Positions 1 to 10,322 of a stretch of DNA of 64,000 nt are shown here, one piece after another (position 1 is the first letter of the stretch; the number at the start of each line of letters is the position of its first letter). The stretch lies in the NCBI GenBank assembly GCA_965202785.1, contig OZ241855.1, positions 256,001-320,000 of the forward strand. Reading direction: 5' to 3'. Position numbers and translations under genes: made by a program. The notes under the pieces were generated by a model, which saw only the letters and a program-made list of their open reading frames with translations, was not told where the DNA came from and made no database searches. This DNA is from Thermodesulfobacteriota bacterium. GTDB lineage: Bacteria > Desulfobacterota_D > UBA1144 > Nemesobacterales > Nemesobacteraceae.

Positions 1-51
1 GGAAATAAACTGGGTCCAAAACACCGGACAAGCCCTAGTGAAACCAGGTTC

Positions 52-79
52 TTGACAGAGAATTAACATCAGATACAAT
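52..79 (+). promoter_or_regulatory. sigma70-type promoter for the oxidase operon
   Basis: TTGACA (52-57), 16 nt, TACAAT (74-79), about 100 nt upstream of the first gene. Confidence 0.55.
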
Positions 80-177
80 CTACGCCGATTTGAGACAAGA
101 GAAGAGAAAAAACTTTTTAACATCTTAAGCCCTCAAACGCTTTTCATTAAAAAAACCGCCAGAAAACGGCTCCTTTC

Positions 178-996
178 ATGCGGAGGTTCTTCATTTTTCT
201 CAGTGTTATGTGTATCTCAAGCACGGTTCCGGCTCTATTCGCATCAGATGTTCGCGCACTTTCTAACGTAAATGACGTAGAAGAAATAGGTTTTGACGAA
301 AAACTTGCGTCTTCCATAGATCTCGACACTGAATTTCGCGGAGAAAGCGGTGAAGCGGTAAGTATTTCCTCTTTTTTCGGGCAAAAAAAGCCGGTGGTAC
401 TGAGTCTCGCATACTTCACATGCCCAAGGCTCTGCATTCTCGGGACAGACGGAGTTCTGGAAGTCATAAACCAGCTAGATTCCTTCAGGCCGGGCAAGGA
501 CTACACCGTGGTGACCGTAAGCTTTGACCCGGAGGAACCCCTTGATGTTATCGGCGAGAAATCCGCAAGATACAAAAAAGCGCTTGCGGGCGGGGTTGAG
601 GAAGCCAAAGAGTGGTACTTTCTAACGGCAACAGCGGAAAACATACTCAGGCTTACCGATTCAGTGGGATTCCGTTTCAAAAAAGACGGCGAGGAGTTCG
701 CTCATCCTTCGGGAATAGTCATACTCACGCCGGATGGGACAATCTCGCGATACCTCTACGGAGTTCAGTATGATCCCCGTAACTTCAAATTATCTCTAAT
801 AGAGGCTTCTGAGGGAAAAATAGGTTCCTCGGAACTTCTTAATAAAGTGCTTATGTTCTGTTATCAGTTTGACCCTGTGGGGAAAAGATATGCGCTTGCC
901 GCTCTTAACGTCGTCAAGGCGGGAGGAGTGGTAACCCTTACGGTTCTCGTAGCGTTTCTCTGTCTGATGTGGAGAAGAGAAAGAAAAACCCATTAA
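178..996 (+). CDS. SCO1/SenC family copper chaperone
   Basis: Signal peptide, CxxxC (CPRLC), later His (FAHPS), C-terminal TM; first gene of the oxidase cluster. Confidence 0.9.
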   Translation: MRRFFIFLSVMCISSTVPALFASDVRALSNVNDVEEIGFDEKLASSIDLDTEFRGESGEAVSISSFFGQKKPVVLSLAYFTCPRLCILGTDGVLEVINQLDSFRPGKDYTVVTVSFDPEEPLDVIGEKSARYKKALAGGVEEAKEWYFLTATAENILRLTDSVGFRFKKDGEEFAHPSGIVILTPDGTISRYLYGVQYDPRNFKLSLIEASEGKIGSSELLNKVLMFCYQFDPVGKRYALAALNVVKAGGVVTLTVLVAFLCLMWRRERKTH

Positions 997-1021
997 CTAT
1001 TGCGGAGGTTGTAAATCATAA

Positions 1022-1969
1022 ATGTCCACCTGGATACCGGAATCAGCTTCAAATCTCGCAGCAAGCGTTGATAACATAACCCTGTTCGTAACAATCGTAT
1101 CAGTATTTTTCTTCGTCCTGATTTCGGCCGTACTCGTAGGCTTCTCAATCAAGTACAGGCGGAAAAGCGAGGATCAGGAAACCGCTTACATAACTCACAA
1201 CCCGATCATCGAAACCATCTGGACCATAATCCCGACCATACTGCTTATGGTCATCTTCGCATGGGGATGGATAGCTTTCAAGGAGCTTCGCAACCCGCCC
1301 GCAGAAGCAATCGAAGTTAACGTCGTGGCAAAGCAGTGGCTTTGGGAATTTGAGTATTTCACCGGGAAAAAGTCGCTTAACGAACTGTTCGTTCAGCAGA
1401 ACAAGCCCGTAAGGCTCATAATGAGGTCAGAGGACGTTATTCACAGCTTCTTCGTTCCGCAGTTCCGGGTAAAGCAGGATATTCTCCCGGGCAGCTACCA
1501 GCAGCTCTGGTTCACTCCAACCAAGGTAGGAACTTTTGACCTTCTGTGCGCGGAATACTGCGGTTCCGGGCACTCCCAAATGCTCGCCACGGTAAAGGTC
1601 CTGAGTCCGGAGGCATTCGCGAGATGGGAAAAAGGAGACGAACTTGAAGACGGAGCCGCCCTAGCGGCAATCAGTGTATCCCCGGCGGAGAGAGGAAAAG
1701 AACTGCATTCCCAGAGGGGCTGCCTTGCATGCCACAGCATAGACGGCAAGGAAGTCATAGGGCCGACTTTCAAAAATCTTTACGGGAAAACGGAGAGTCT
1801 TGCAGACGGTTCCTCGGTCCTTGTGGACGAGAACTATATCAGGGAATCAATTTATGAACCCCAGGCAAAAATGGTGGAGGGCTACCCGCCGACGATGCCC
1901 TCGTTCAAAGGTATATTATCCGAGGAAGAAGTAACCGCTCTTATCGAGTATATAAAGACGTTGAAGTAG
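1022..1969 (+). CDS. coxB: Cytochrome c oxidase subunit II with fused C-terminal cytochrome c
   Basis: Two TMs, DVIHSF and CAEYCGSGHSQM CuA motif, CLACH heme c motif. Confidence 0.95.
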   Translation: MSTWIPESASNLAASVDNITLFVTIVSVFFFVLISAVLVGFSIKYRRKSEDQETAYITHNPIIETIWTIIPTILLMVIFAWGWIAFKELRNPPAEAIEVNVVAKQWLWEFEYFTGKKSLNELFVQQNKPVRLIMRSEDVIHSFFVPQFRVKQDILPGSYQQLWFTPTKVGTFDLLCAEYCGSGHSQMLATVKVLSPEAFARWEKGDELEDGAALAAISVSPAERGKELHSQRGCLACHSIDGKEVIGPTFKNLYGKTESLADGSSVLVDENYIRESIYEPQAKMVEGYPPTMPSFKGILSEEEVTALIEYIKTLK

Positions 1970-1988
1970 CAATATCAAGGAGAAAAAG

Positions 1989-3593
1989 ATGGCAAACGGA
2001 GTCATGACGCAGACCCAGCATATACCGTATTTAGCCCAGAAAGGGTTAAAGTCGTGGATTTTGACGACGGATCACAAACGCATCGGGATCCTTTATCTCG
2101 TTACGATCTCGTTTTTCTTCATGATCGCCGGCCTGGCGGCTCTGGGAATGAGGTACGAGCTTATGACTCCCGAGCTTGACTTCTTCAGAACCGCAACGGA
2201 GTACAACGTAGCGTTTACGCTTCACGGTTCCCTGATGGTTTTCTTCTTCATCGTCCCGGGAATCGCGGCAAGTTTCGGCAATTTCCTTATACCGCTTATG
2301 ATCGGGGCCAGAGACGTGGCGTTTCCCAGAATCAACCTGCTGAGTTTCTGGATATATCTTGTCGGGACGGCAATACTGCTTACAGCGCTCGCACAGCCAG
2401 CTGACACGGGCTGGACGTTCTACACTCCCTACAGCATTCAGACGGGCACCAAGGTAATAATGATAACCTTGGGAGTCTTCGTCCTCGGATTCTCATCGAT
2501 TCTCACCGGAATGAACTTCATAGTGACTATCCACAAGCTTCGGGCACCTGGGATGACGTGGTCAAGACTGCCGCTTTTCATATGGGCGTCCTACGCGACC
2601 GCGATACTGCAGCTGCTAGCGACGCCGGTTGTGGGGATCACGCTTCTTCTGCTGATAGCGGAGAGAGCGTTTGACATAGGCTTTTTTGATCCGGCCAAGG
2701 GAGGGGATCCCATACTCTTCCAGAACTTTTTCTGGTTCTACTCCCATCCCGCCGTCTACATAATGGTTATCCCCGCCTTCGGGATTATCTCCGAGATAAT
2801 CCCGGTCTTCGCAAGAAAACCCATCTTCGGATACAAGGCGATCGCTTATTCAAGCTTCGCGATAGCCATAATAAGCTTCTTCGTCTGGCTGCACCACATG
2901 TTCGTAAGCGGGATATCGGAAACGGCGGCGGCGATATTCTCATTTCTGACCATGCTTGTCGCCATCCCGACGGCTGTAAAGGTGTTTAACTGGACCGCAA
3001 CTCTGTACAAGGGATCAATAGACTTTCACTCATCCATGTTATACGCGCTGTCATTCATAGTGCTCTTCACGGTCGGAGGGCTGACCGGTGTTTATCTGGG
3101 AGCCCTGGCCGTTGACGTGCATCTGCACGACACGTACTTCATAGTGGCTCACATGCACTATGTCATGATAGGTGGAACAGTGATGGGATTTTTCGGGGCC
3201 CTTCATTTCTGGTATCAGAAATGGTTCGGAAAGGTATTCAATGAACTGATCGCAAAAGTTGCGTGGTTCCTGATTTTCGTAGGATTCAACGTAACGTTTT
3301 TCCCGCAGTTTTTCATGGGCTTCCAGGGAATGCCCAGAAGGTATGCGACCTATCCCGAAGAGTACATATCCTATCATGCCCTTTCGACCTACGGATCGTG
3401 GATACTAGGGCTCGGAATTTTAATAATGACCGTGAACCTGCTTATACCGCTGTGGAAAAAAGGTCGGCCTGAATCGTCAAACCCCTACGGCTCACTCTCT
3501 CTTGAGTGGCAGGTTCCTTCCCCGCCGCCACATGAGAATTTTGACGAAATACCGACTGTAACTGACTGGACTTACGCTTACGGGAAAAAATAG
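1989..3593 (+). CDS. ctaD: Cytochrome c oxidase subunit I (type A2)
   Basis: DHKRIG, WFYSHPAVY, WLHHM and AHMHY ligand motifs. Confidence 0.97.
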   Translation: MANGVMTQTQHIPYLAQKGLKSWILTTDHKRIGILYLVTISFFFMIAGLAALGMRYELMTPELDFFRTATEYNVAFTLHGSLMVFFFIVPGIAASFGNFLIPLMIGARDVAFPRINLLSFWIYLVGTAILLTALAQPADTGWTFYTPYSIQTGTKVIMITLGVFVLGFSSILTGMNFIVTIHKLRAPGMTWSRLPLFIWASYATAILQLLATPVVGITLLLLIAERAFDIGFFDPAKGGDPILFQNFFWFYSHPAVYIMVIPAFGIISEIIPVFARKPIFGYKAIAYSSFAIAIISFFVWLHHMFVSGISETAAAIFSFLTMLVAIPTAVKVFNWTATLYKGSIDFHSSMLYALSFIVLFTVGGLTGVYLGALAVDVHLHDTYFIVAHMHYVMIGGTVMGFFGALHFWYQKWFGKVFNELIAKVAWFLIFVGFNVTFFPQFFMGFQGMPRRYATYPEEYISYHALSTYGSWILGLGILIMTVNLLIPLWKKGRPESSNPYGSLSLEWQVPSPPPHENFDEIPTVTDWTYAYGKK

Positions 3594-3614
3594 ATCGGAG
3601 GCTAACGTAAAAAA

Positions 3615-4232
3615 ATGAGCAGCACAGCAGAACACGCCGAAAGCCACGCGCACGGACACGGTCTCGGAGAAACCGTAACGCACAACGCGGCAAAATTCGG
3701 GATGTGGCTTTTCCTCGGAACGGAAATTCTTCTTTTCGGGGGACTCTTCGCGGCGTACGCGCTTTTCAGGGCCAAGTACCCGGATCTTTTCTACGAATCG
3801 CACAAGAAACTGGACGTGACTCTGGGCGCCATAAACACCATAGTGCTAATCTTCAGCAGTTTCACGATGGCTCTTGCGGTGTCGGCCTCGCAGAAAAGAA
3901 ACAGGAAATGGCTGATAATACTGCTTTCCGTAACTTTCATATGCGGAGCGGCTTTCGGGGTAAACAAGTACTTTGAGTACAGTGCGAAGTTTCACCATCA
4001 TATATTTCCTGAAACGAACATATTCTTCGCCCTTTACTTCATGATGACCGGACTTCACATGCTCCACGTGTTTGTGGGAATGGGCATAATTTTCGCCCTG
4101 ATAATAATGGCCAAGCAGGGAAGATTCAAAGAAGGAAACAGATACACCCCGGTTGAGGTCGGAGGGCTTTACTGGCATTTGGTTGACCTGATCTGGATAT
4201 ATTTGTTCCCGCTATTGTATCTAATCGGGTAA
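3615..4232 (+). CDS. ctaE: Cytochrome c oxidase subunit III
   Basis: GMWLFLGTEILLF, TGLHMLHV, YWHLVDLIW. Confidence 0.93.
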   Translation: MSSTAEHAESHAHGHGLGETVTHNAAKFGMWLFLGTEILLFGGLFAAYALFRAKYPDLFYESHKKLDVTLGAINTIVLIFSSFTMALAVSASQKRNRKWLIILLSVTFICGAAFGVNKYFEYSAKFHHHIFPETNIFFALYFMMTGLHMLHVFVGMGIIFALIIMAKQGRFKEGNRYTPVEVGGLYWHLVDLIWIYLFPLLYLIG

Positions 4233-4245
4233 ACGGAGAAAGAAA

Positions 4246-4554
4246 ATGAGCACACACGATCACACTGAGGAACATCATACCGGTCTTCGGGTATACACCG
4301 CCGTATGTCTTGCGCTGTTCGTCCTGACGGCAGTTACGGTTTACGTAGCGAAGTTCGATTTCGGCGACTTCAATATCGTCGTAGCAATGTTAATAGCGTC
4401 GATAAAAGCATCGATCGTCGCCCTTTATTTCATGCATCTTAAATTTGAAGACAAGCTCACGTGGATATACGCCCTATATCCTCTTTTCCTGCTCTTCCTT
4501 CTCATCGGTTTCACCTTAATGGAAACCTTCACGAGGGTGCCGGTAATAAAGTAG
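4246..4554 (+). CDS. ctaF: Cytochrome c oxidase subunit IV
   Basis: 3 TMs, KA...YFMHLK motif, operon position. Confidence 0.88.
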   Translation: MSTHDHTEEHHTGLRVYTAVCLALFVLTAVTVYVAKFDFGDFNIVVAMLIASIKASIVALYFMHLKFEDKLTWIYALYPLFLLFLLIGFTLMETFTRVPVIK

Positions 4555-4570
4555 CCGTACAAAAACAGGG

Positions 4571-5440
4571 ATGCTTGCAAAAACTGCTCTAGGGCTTCTG
4601 TTCATACTTCTTATATGGGGAAACGCGGTATCGGGACTAAAGGCCGGACTCGCCTGTCCCGACTGGCCGCTTTGCCACGGGGAGATCATTCCGCCTTTCA
4701 GGTGGGATATATACGTCGAATTCTCCCACCGCGTAGTAGGCGGCATAACGTCCATAGTGCTTTTCATCCTCTGTTACAGAAGATTCCGCACGTACAGAAA
4801 AAATTACAGGATACTTCCGCTGCTCGTAGTCCTGCTTCTTCTGTTTCAGATAGTGCTTGGGGGAATCGTGGTTCTCACTAAACTCCCCGTGGACCTGACT
4901 ACGATCCATTTCACAAACGCCATCATAATCTTTTCAATTACCCTTTATATGGTGTATTTCGACGGCGTCATTAGAAAGCCCGATTTCCGTTTCTCGGGTC
5001 CAGCAGGGCTTTTTTTCGCGCTTTTTCTGCTCGTGTTCATACAGGCTTCTCTGGGAGCTTACGTAAGGCATCTTGGAGCAGGGCTTGCATGCCCTGATTT
5101 TCCCACGTGTCTAGGCTACTGGATTCCGCCCGAGCTCTCGGGCAAGGTGCTGGCGCACTTCACGCACAGAGCGGTCGCTTACCTGCTCACAGTGATATTT
5201 ATCTTCGTGCTGATTCTCTCCAGAAAATCCGAAAGGCTCAAGGAAGCCCGAAAAAACATGTCTCGCGCAGTTGCCCTGCTTTTCCTTCAGATCGGACTTG
5301 GAATCGTGGTCGTAACCTCAAAACTTGTCTTTTACGTCACCGCCGTTCATCTCGCAATCGGTCTTCTGATACTTTCCCTCTGCCTTCTCACCTGGTTCGG
5401 GTATATAAGTAAAGACACCGCAGCCGAAAGAACTTTTTAG
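4571..5440 (+). CDS. ctaA: Heme A synthase (COX15/CtaA)
   Basis: CPDWPLC and CPDFPTC loops, EFSHR and HFTHR His ligands. Confidence 0.92.
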   Translation: MLAKTALGLLFILLIWGNAVSGLKAGLACPDWPLCHGEIIPPFRWDIYVEFSHRVVGGITSIVLFILCYRRFRTYRKNYRILPLLVVLLLLFQIVLGGIVVLTKLPVDLTTIHFTNAIIIFSITLYMVYFDGVIRKPDFRFSGPAGLFFALFLLVFIQASLGAYVRHLGAGLACPDFPTCLGYWIPPELSGKVLAHFTHRAVAYLLTVIFIFVLILSRKSERLKEARKNMSRAVALLFLQIGLGIVVVTSKLVFYVTAVHLAIGLLILSLCLLTWFGYISKDTAAERTF

Positions 5441-5442
5441 CA

Positions 5443-6363
5443 ATGAGCGAAGCGCAGAAAAAATCCATGGGAAACATGGCGGTTTCCGCCGTTATCCTCT
5501 CCAAGCCCGGAATAATAATGAGCGTGGCGTTTACGGGTCTTGCGGGAATGGTGGTGGCCAACCGGGCCTTCCCCTCCCTACAGACGGTTTTTCTATGCGT
5601 TGTCTCTCTTCTTCTTAGCGCCGGCGGAGCGGCAATTCTGAATAACCTGCTCGACAAGAAAATTGACAAGCAGATGACCCGTCTTAACAAAAGGGTGGAA
5701 GCCCTGAAAGTCCTTGGAGACCAAAACGCGTGGATAATCTCGATACTCATGATGGCCGTGGCTCTCTTGATCTCGCTTTCTTACTTCAACTATGTAAACG
5801 CGGCGCTTATTCTCCTCGCGATTCTAAGCTACACCCTTATTTACACCCTTTTTCTTAAAAGAACTTCCCCTTTCGGCACCGTGCTCGGGGGAATACCGGG
5901 CGCCCTTCCCGTCCTTATAGGCTACACCGCCATAAAACCCGTTCTGCAGCTCGACGCAATGATAGTATTCATATTCATGATGCTCTGGCAGCCTCCCCAC
6001 TTCTGGGTGCTCGCGCAGAAATACAGAAAGGATTATGAAAAAGCCGGGATAAACGTTCTTCCCGTCGCCCTGGGCACGAAGTACACCAACATGCTGATAC
6101 TTATCTACTCCCTCTCCCTGATACCCCTGACTTTCATCCTCTGGCTCACGGGAACAAACACCGTCTATTTTGCGGCTTTCGCCGCAGTATCCGGAATATA
6201 CTTTAATTACCTGGTGGTGAGGAGCGTTTTCGCCAACCGCGGTTACGGAAAGGCTTTCTCGGCTTCAATCATCTACATGCTTCTCATAATGCTCGGCATA
6301 GTGATCGACATACTGGTTAAGTCGCTCTCCCCGGTGGAAAGGGTTATCGGAAACCTTATGTAG
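5443..6363 (+). CDS. cyoE: Protoheme IX farnesyltransferase (heme O synthase)
   Basis: KPGI, NNLLDKKIDKQMTR, GALPVLIG, WQPPHFW. Confidence 0.93.
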   Translation: MSEAQKKSMGNMAVSAVILSKPGIIMSVAFTGLAGMVVANRAFPSLQTVFLCVVSLLLSAGGAAILNNLLDKKIDKQMTRLNKRVEALKVLGDQNAWIISILMMAVALLISLSYFNYVNAALILLAILSYTLIYTLFLKRTSPFGTVLGGIPGALPVLIGYTAIKPVLQLDAMIVFIFMMLWQPPHFWVLAQKYRKDYEKAGINVLPVALGTKYTNMLILIYSLSLIPLTFILWLTGTNTVYFAAFAAVSGIYFNYLVVRSVFANRGYGKAFSASIIYMLLIMLGIVIDILVKSLSPVERVIGNLM

Positions 6364-8143
6364 CAACCGACGGGAGAAGTTCCTTGAGCTCCTCAAGCGG
6401 CCGTGAGAGGGTAAGAATCGCCTCTTTCCAGAAATCCTTGCTTGTTATATCGTCCCCTATGGATCTCTTAACGGCCCCCTCGGCGTCATCCGAACCAGTG
6501 AGAGCGAGAAACTCTTCGTAAACGGGAATAAACTCCTCACCGTGCTGTCTGAATTTCTCGAAAAGAGCCCTGCTCAGCAGGTAACCGAAAGTGTAGGGGA
6601 AATTATAGAAACTGACGCCCGTTATGTAGAAATGAAGCTTTGAAGCCCAGAAAAACGGGTCGCATTCCAAAAGCACGTCCCCGAAAATCTCCTTCTGGGT
6701 CTCAGTCATAAGTTCTTTCAGCTCGCTCACGGTCAGTTCCCCTTCGGCACGCCTTTCGTAAAGCTTCCTTTCAAACTCATACCTGACAGGGATATCCAGA
6801 AGATATATGGCCCCATGGTTTACCTCCGCATCCCTCACAAGCACCTTGTCCTCAACGCTGGTTGAAGGGTCCCTCAGGAGTCCCTCGGCAAGCAGCATTT
6901 CCCCGAAAGTTGAAGCGGTTTCGGCAAGCGTCATAGGATAGAACTGAGCGTAGGGGCGAAGGTCTCTCATCACGTGAGAGTGGAAGGCGTGGCCCGCCTC
7001 GTGAGCAAGGGTAAGTATGTCGCCTACCCCGCCGTTATAAGTCATGAATATCCTTGACTCTCCGGTGAGAAGAGAACCCGTGCAGAAACCTCCGGGTCTT
7101 TTTCCTTCTCTTATCTCCCAGTCTATCCATTCGCTCCGGCATACATGGTCAAAAAACCCGCCGAGGCGCGAATAAGCCGTGGAAAAGGAATCGGAAACCA
7201 TGGATTTCGCTCCGTTCCAGTCAACCCGGCCGGTTGTCCCAAGATTCATAGGAGCACCCAGATCGTACCACGACACTCCCTCAAGGCCCATCGTCTCGGC
7301 CTTGAGCCTCAGGACGCTTCTTGGAAGTTCGACCGTCTCCCGTATTGCCTCCATCATGGAATCTAGGGTCTGTCTGGAAATTGCAGCGTCAAAAAGCGCT
7401 ACATTGAGAAAATGATCAATCTCCCTGTGCCTGTAAAGCGTATGCCTGGTTCCCGATATGGCGTTTATGGCGCCGGCAGCCACATCTTCAAGACCTTCCC
7501 AGGCCGCGTTGCCGCCGGAAAAAGCCGCTTTTCTTATCTCCCTGTCAGGACTTTCCATGAGCGACCTTCTCTGGGACATGGGGAGCCTTTTTTTCGTCCC
7601 GTCGGGGTAAACCATTTCAAACGTCATCTTGGAGGACACGGTATCGTAGATCCGCCCCCAGGCGCTTATCCCGTCAACTCCCAGTTCAGAAGCCAGAATT
7701 TCCTTCGGAGCGGACATGGTGAACCGGGAATTTCGCCAAACGCGCCTTACGTAGTAGGAAGCCGACTCGATATCCGGGAAAGAGACGAACTCGGAAAGCA
7801 GATCTTCGTCGGCATCCCGAAGCGCTCTTTGCAGTTGAACCTCAAGCTTCTCGAGATCCGAACCGAGGAGGGAAATCGCCGCCTCCTCGCGCAGATAATC
7901 CTCCCTGTTGGAATCTGAAGCGCTGAGACATCCCACGTAGGAACGGATATGGGAATACCGGCTTATGAGCTTCTCGGTTTCTAGGAAAACATCTTTCCAG
8001 AACGCAAGGTTCTCTCCGCAAAGAGGTTCAGAAGCCGAAGCCTTCTCGTCGAGATTCTTTATGCCTCCCGAGAGATTTTCTTTGAACTCTTTATATTCAG
8101 CTCCCTGAAATTCGGGGAAATAAGAAGTAAGGTCCCAGTTCAT
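6356..8143 (-). CDS. pepF: Oligoendopeptidase F (peptidase M3B)
   Basis: N-terminal WDL, HEAGH zinc motif, AETAS, FYNFPYTFG. Confidence 0.92.
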   Translation of the reverse strand: MNWDLTSYFPEFQGAEYKEFKENLSGGIKNLDEKASASEPLCGENLAFWKDVFLETEKLISRYSHIRSYVGCLSASDSNREDYLREEAAISLLGSDLEKLEVQLQRALRDADEDLLSEFVSFPDIESASYYVRRVWRNSRFTMSAPKEILASELGVDGISAWGRIYDTVSSKMTFEMVYPDGTKKRLPMSQRRSLMESPDREIRKAAFSGGNAAWEGLEDVAAGAINAISGTRHTLYRHREIDHFLNVALFDAAISRQTLDSMMEAIRETVELPRSVLRLKAETMGLEGVSWYDLGAPMNLGTTGRVDWNGAKSMVSDSFSTAYSRLGGFFDHVCRSEWIDWEIREGKRPGGFCTGSLLTGESRIFMTYNGGVGDILTLAHEAGHAFHSHVMRDLRPYAQFYPMTLAETASTFGEMLLAEGLLRDPSTSVEDKVLVRDAEVNHGAIYLLDIPVRYEFERKLYERRAEGELTVSELKELMTETQKEIFGDVLLECDPFFWASKLHFYITGVSFYNFPYTFGYLLSRALFEKFRQHGEEFIPVYEEFLALTGSDDAEGAVKRSIGDDITSKDFWKEAILTLSRPLEELKELLPSVAT

Positions 8144-8373
8144 ATCGGTATTTTTGCTCTACATCAACAGCGGTAAGCTTCCAGATGTAATCGCTCCTTA
8201 AGGCCAAGAATAATACAACAGAATTTGCTAATTGAAATAAGCCGGGTTTCCACAGAGAGCATTTTGGAACACACCATCTTAGTCTCCACGGGAAAGTAAT
8301 ATTTGACATTACCACAGGCGTAAAACTTTTACGTTCTTGACTCTTCTCTTTCTTCCCTTGTTAAAGTAAACTT

Positions 8374-8481
8374 GAAAGTGGATTTGCGGAAACCGCGATC
8401 CGAGGCAGGAAAGCCTCATGAAGTCTCTTATAAGAGGGAACGTTCCAAGGAAGCGACATTGCCGTGCCGCTTCCTTTTTTT
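8374..8481 (+). ncRNA. Candidate structured RNA (sRNA or carA attenuator), family unknown
   Basis: Upstream TGnTAAAGT (8359-8367), consecutive hairpins, ends in a GC stem plus T-tract. Confidence 0.4.
8447..8481 (+). terminator. Intrinsic terminator upstream of carA
   Basis: AAGGAAGCG...CGCTTCCTT stem followed by a T run. Confidence 0.7.
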
Positions 8482-8541
8482 ATGTTTTCAAACTTGCTTG
8501 TTTTCAAGGGAGAATCACTATATATTTTAACCCCCTGAACA

Positions 8542-9669
8542 ATGAAAAAAGCTTACCTCGCGCTTGAAGGCGGAAAAGTATTTGAAGGCACAAGCTTCGG
8601 AGCCCAAGGAGAGGCAGCCGGCGAAGTTGTTTTCAATACCTCCTTAACGGGTTACCAGGAAATACTCACGGATCCTTCCTATAACGGTCAGATCATCGTA
8701 ATGACCTACCCCGAAATAGGCAACTACGGAATCAACCCCGAGGATTTCGAATCAGAAAAACCTCACCTAAGCGGTTTCGTCGTAAAGGAATACTGGGACC
8801 ACCCGAGCAACTGGAGGTCGAAAGAGAGCCTCGACAGTTTTCTCTCAAGACATGGGATACCCGGCATACAGGGAATCGACACCAGGGAACTTACAAGGAT
8901 CATACGAATTGGTGGAGCGATAAAGGGGATTATCTCAACTGCCGAGACAAGCCCTGAGGCTCTTGCCGAGAAAGTCGACTCCTCGCCGGGAATAGTCGGA
9001 CGCGACCTTGTAACAGAAGTAAGCTGTGCTCAGCCTTACGCATGGGACGAGGGAACGGGAAAGTGGCGCCACAGCAGGGACAAAAACTCCGAACCCTCCA
9101 GAAAATTCAAAGTCGCCGTCTACGACTTCGGAATAAAGAGAAACATACTCAGGGAGCTTCACGATCTTGGATGCGAAACAACGGTTTTTCCGTCGAAAAC
9201 GGACTCCAAGGACATACTGGCCTTCGACCCCGACGGGATTTTCCTCTCAAACGGACCCGGGGACCCGGCCGCGGTTAAATACGCTTCGAAGAATGTAAGA
9301 AAACTTATCGGGAAAAAACCCATTTTCGGGATCTGCCTGGGACACCAGATACTGGGTCTCGCTCTCGGAGGAAAAACCTTCAAGCTAAAATTCGGGCATC
9401 GCGGAGGAAACCAGCCGGTTAAGAATCTTGCGACCGGAAAGGTGGAGATAACTTCGCAGAATCACGGCTTCGCCGTGGATCCCGATTCACTTAAAAGCAA
9501 TGTCGCCGTCTCCCACGTAAACCTGAACGATCAGACCGTCGAGGGACTGAAACACAAGGAGTATCCCCTATCCTGCGTCCAGTATCACCCCGAGGCCTCA
9601 CCCGGGCCGCATGATTCTTCCTATCTTTTCAGAGACTTCATCGAGATGATGGAAGATTTTTCAGCGTAA
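8542..9669 (+). CDS. carA: Carbamoyl-phosphate synthase small subunit
   Basis: GEVVFNT, LSNGPGDP, GICLGHQ, QYHPEASPGPHD. Confidence 0.97.
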   Translation: MKKAYLALEGGKVFEGTSFGAQGEAAGEVVFNTSLTGYQEILTDPSYNGQIIVMTYPEIGNYGINPEDFESEKPHLSGFVVKEYWDHPSNWRSKESLDSFLSRHGIPGIQGIDTRELTRIIRIGGAIKGIISTAETSPEALAEKVDSSPGIVGRDLVTEVSCAQPYAWDEGTGKWRHSRDKNSEPSRKFKVAVYDFGIKRNILRELHDLGCETTVFPSKTDSKDILAFDPDGIFLSNGPGDPAAVKYASKNVRKLIGKKPIFGICLGHQILGLALGGKTFKLKFGHRGGNQPVKNLATGKVEITSQNHGFAVDPDSLKSNVAVSHVNLNDQTVEGLKHKEYPLSCVQYHPEASPGPHDSSYLFRDFIEMMEDFSA

Positions 9670-9975
9670 GCATTCAGACAGGGAACGACCTATGCTCGGT
9701 ATTTAAAGAAAGGGAATTAAGTATTTAACTTGACAGCTTTAGGGGGTTTCCAGTTTAATTCCAGCCTTCTCGTATGCTTCCTTCGGAGCCCTGTTTGCAT
9801 CTAGTATCACCTGAACTTCTATCTCTGAGTATTTTCCGAAAAAGTGGTTTTGTTGGACTATGAAAGCACGGTTTAAGAAGAGATTCGGCGAAAAAATAAT
9901 TAACAGAACATACCTTTACATCGCCATACTGAATCGATTTTTCGTTTCAAGAAGCAAGTTCAGGAATAATATACA

Positions 9976-10302
9976 ATGCTAGCTAAAGAGAACCCTCTAG
10001 CCTGCTTGCGACTACAGAAAGAGGGTGATAAAATGACTAGGGAGGGGTTTATGCTGAGCGAAGTAAGCAATAAGTTGAAAAAAAACTGGGATGCATTCAA
10101 CGCTGCTAAAGAAGAACTTGAAGCAGAACACCTAGGAAAAACAGCGTTATTGCATGATGGGAAAGTCGTTGCCATATACAACGACAGTGGAGATGCTTAT
10201 ACCATTGGTCGTGAGAAGTACGGGTTGGGAAATTTCTCAACACAGACGATAGGAGAGAAACCTATACATCTCGGAATATTCACTCTCCGCCTACCGAGAT
10301 AA
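9976..10302 (+). CDS. Small hypothetical protein, DUF5678-like partner of a retropepsin (true start probably 10033 or 10051)
   Basis: GKTALLHDGKVVAIY...DAY..G pattern; directly upstream of an aspartyl protease. Confidence 0.65.
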   Translation: MLAKENPLACLRLQKEGDKMTREGFMLSEVSNKLKKNWDAFNAAKEELEAEHLGKTALLHDGKVVAIYNDSGDAYTIGREKYGLGNFSTQTIGEKPIHLGIFTLRLPR

Positions 10303-10322
10303 ACGAAACACCCTTAAAACAA

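Noticed and set aside
8374-8481. PyrR site, ZTP riboswitch, SRP RNA or 6S RNA
   Set aside because: Diagnostic consensus elements are missing; only superficial matches
8418-8567. Arg-containing upstream ORF (MKSLIRGNVPRKRHCR...) as a carA leader peptide
   Set aside because: It reads through the terminator and into carA out of frame, unlike a classical attenuator peptide
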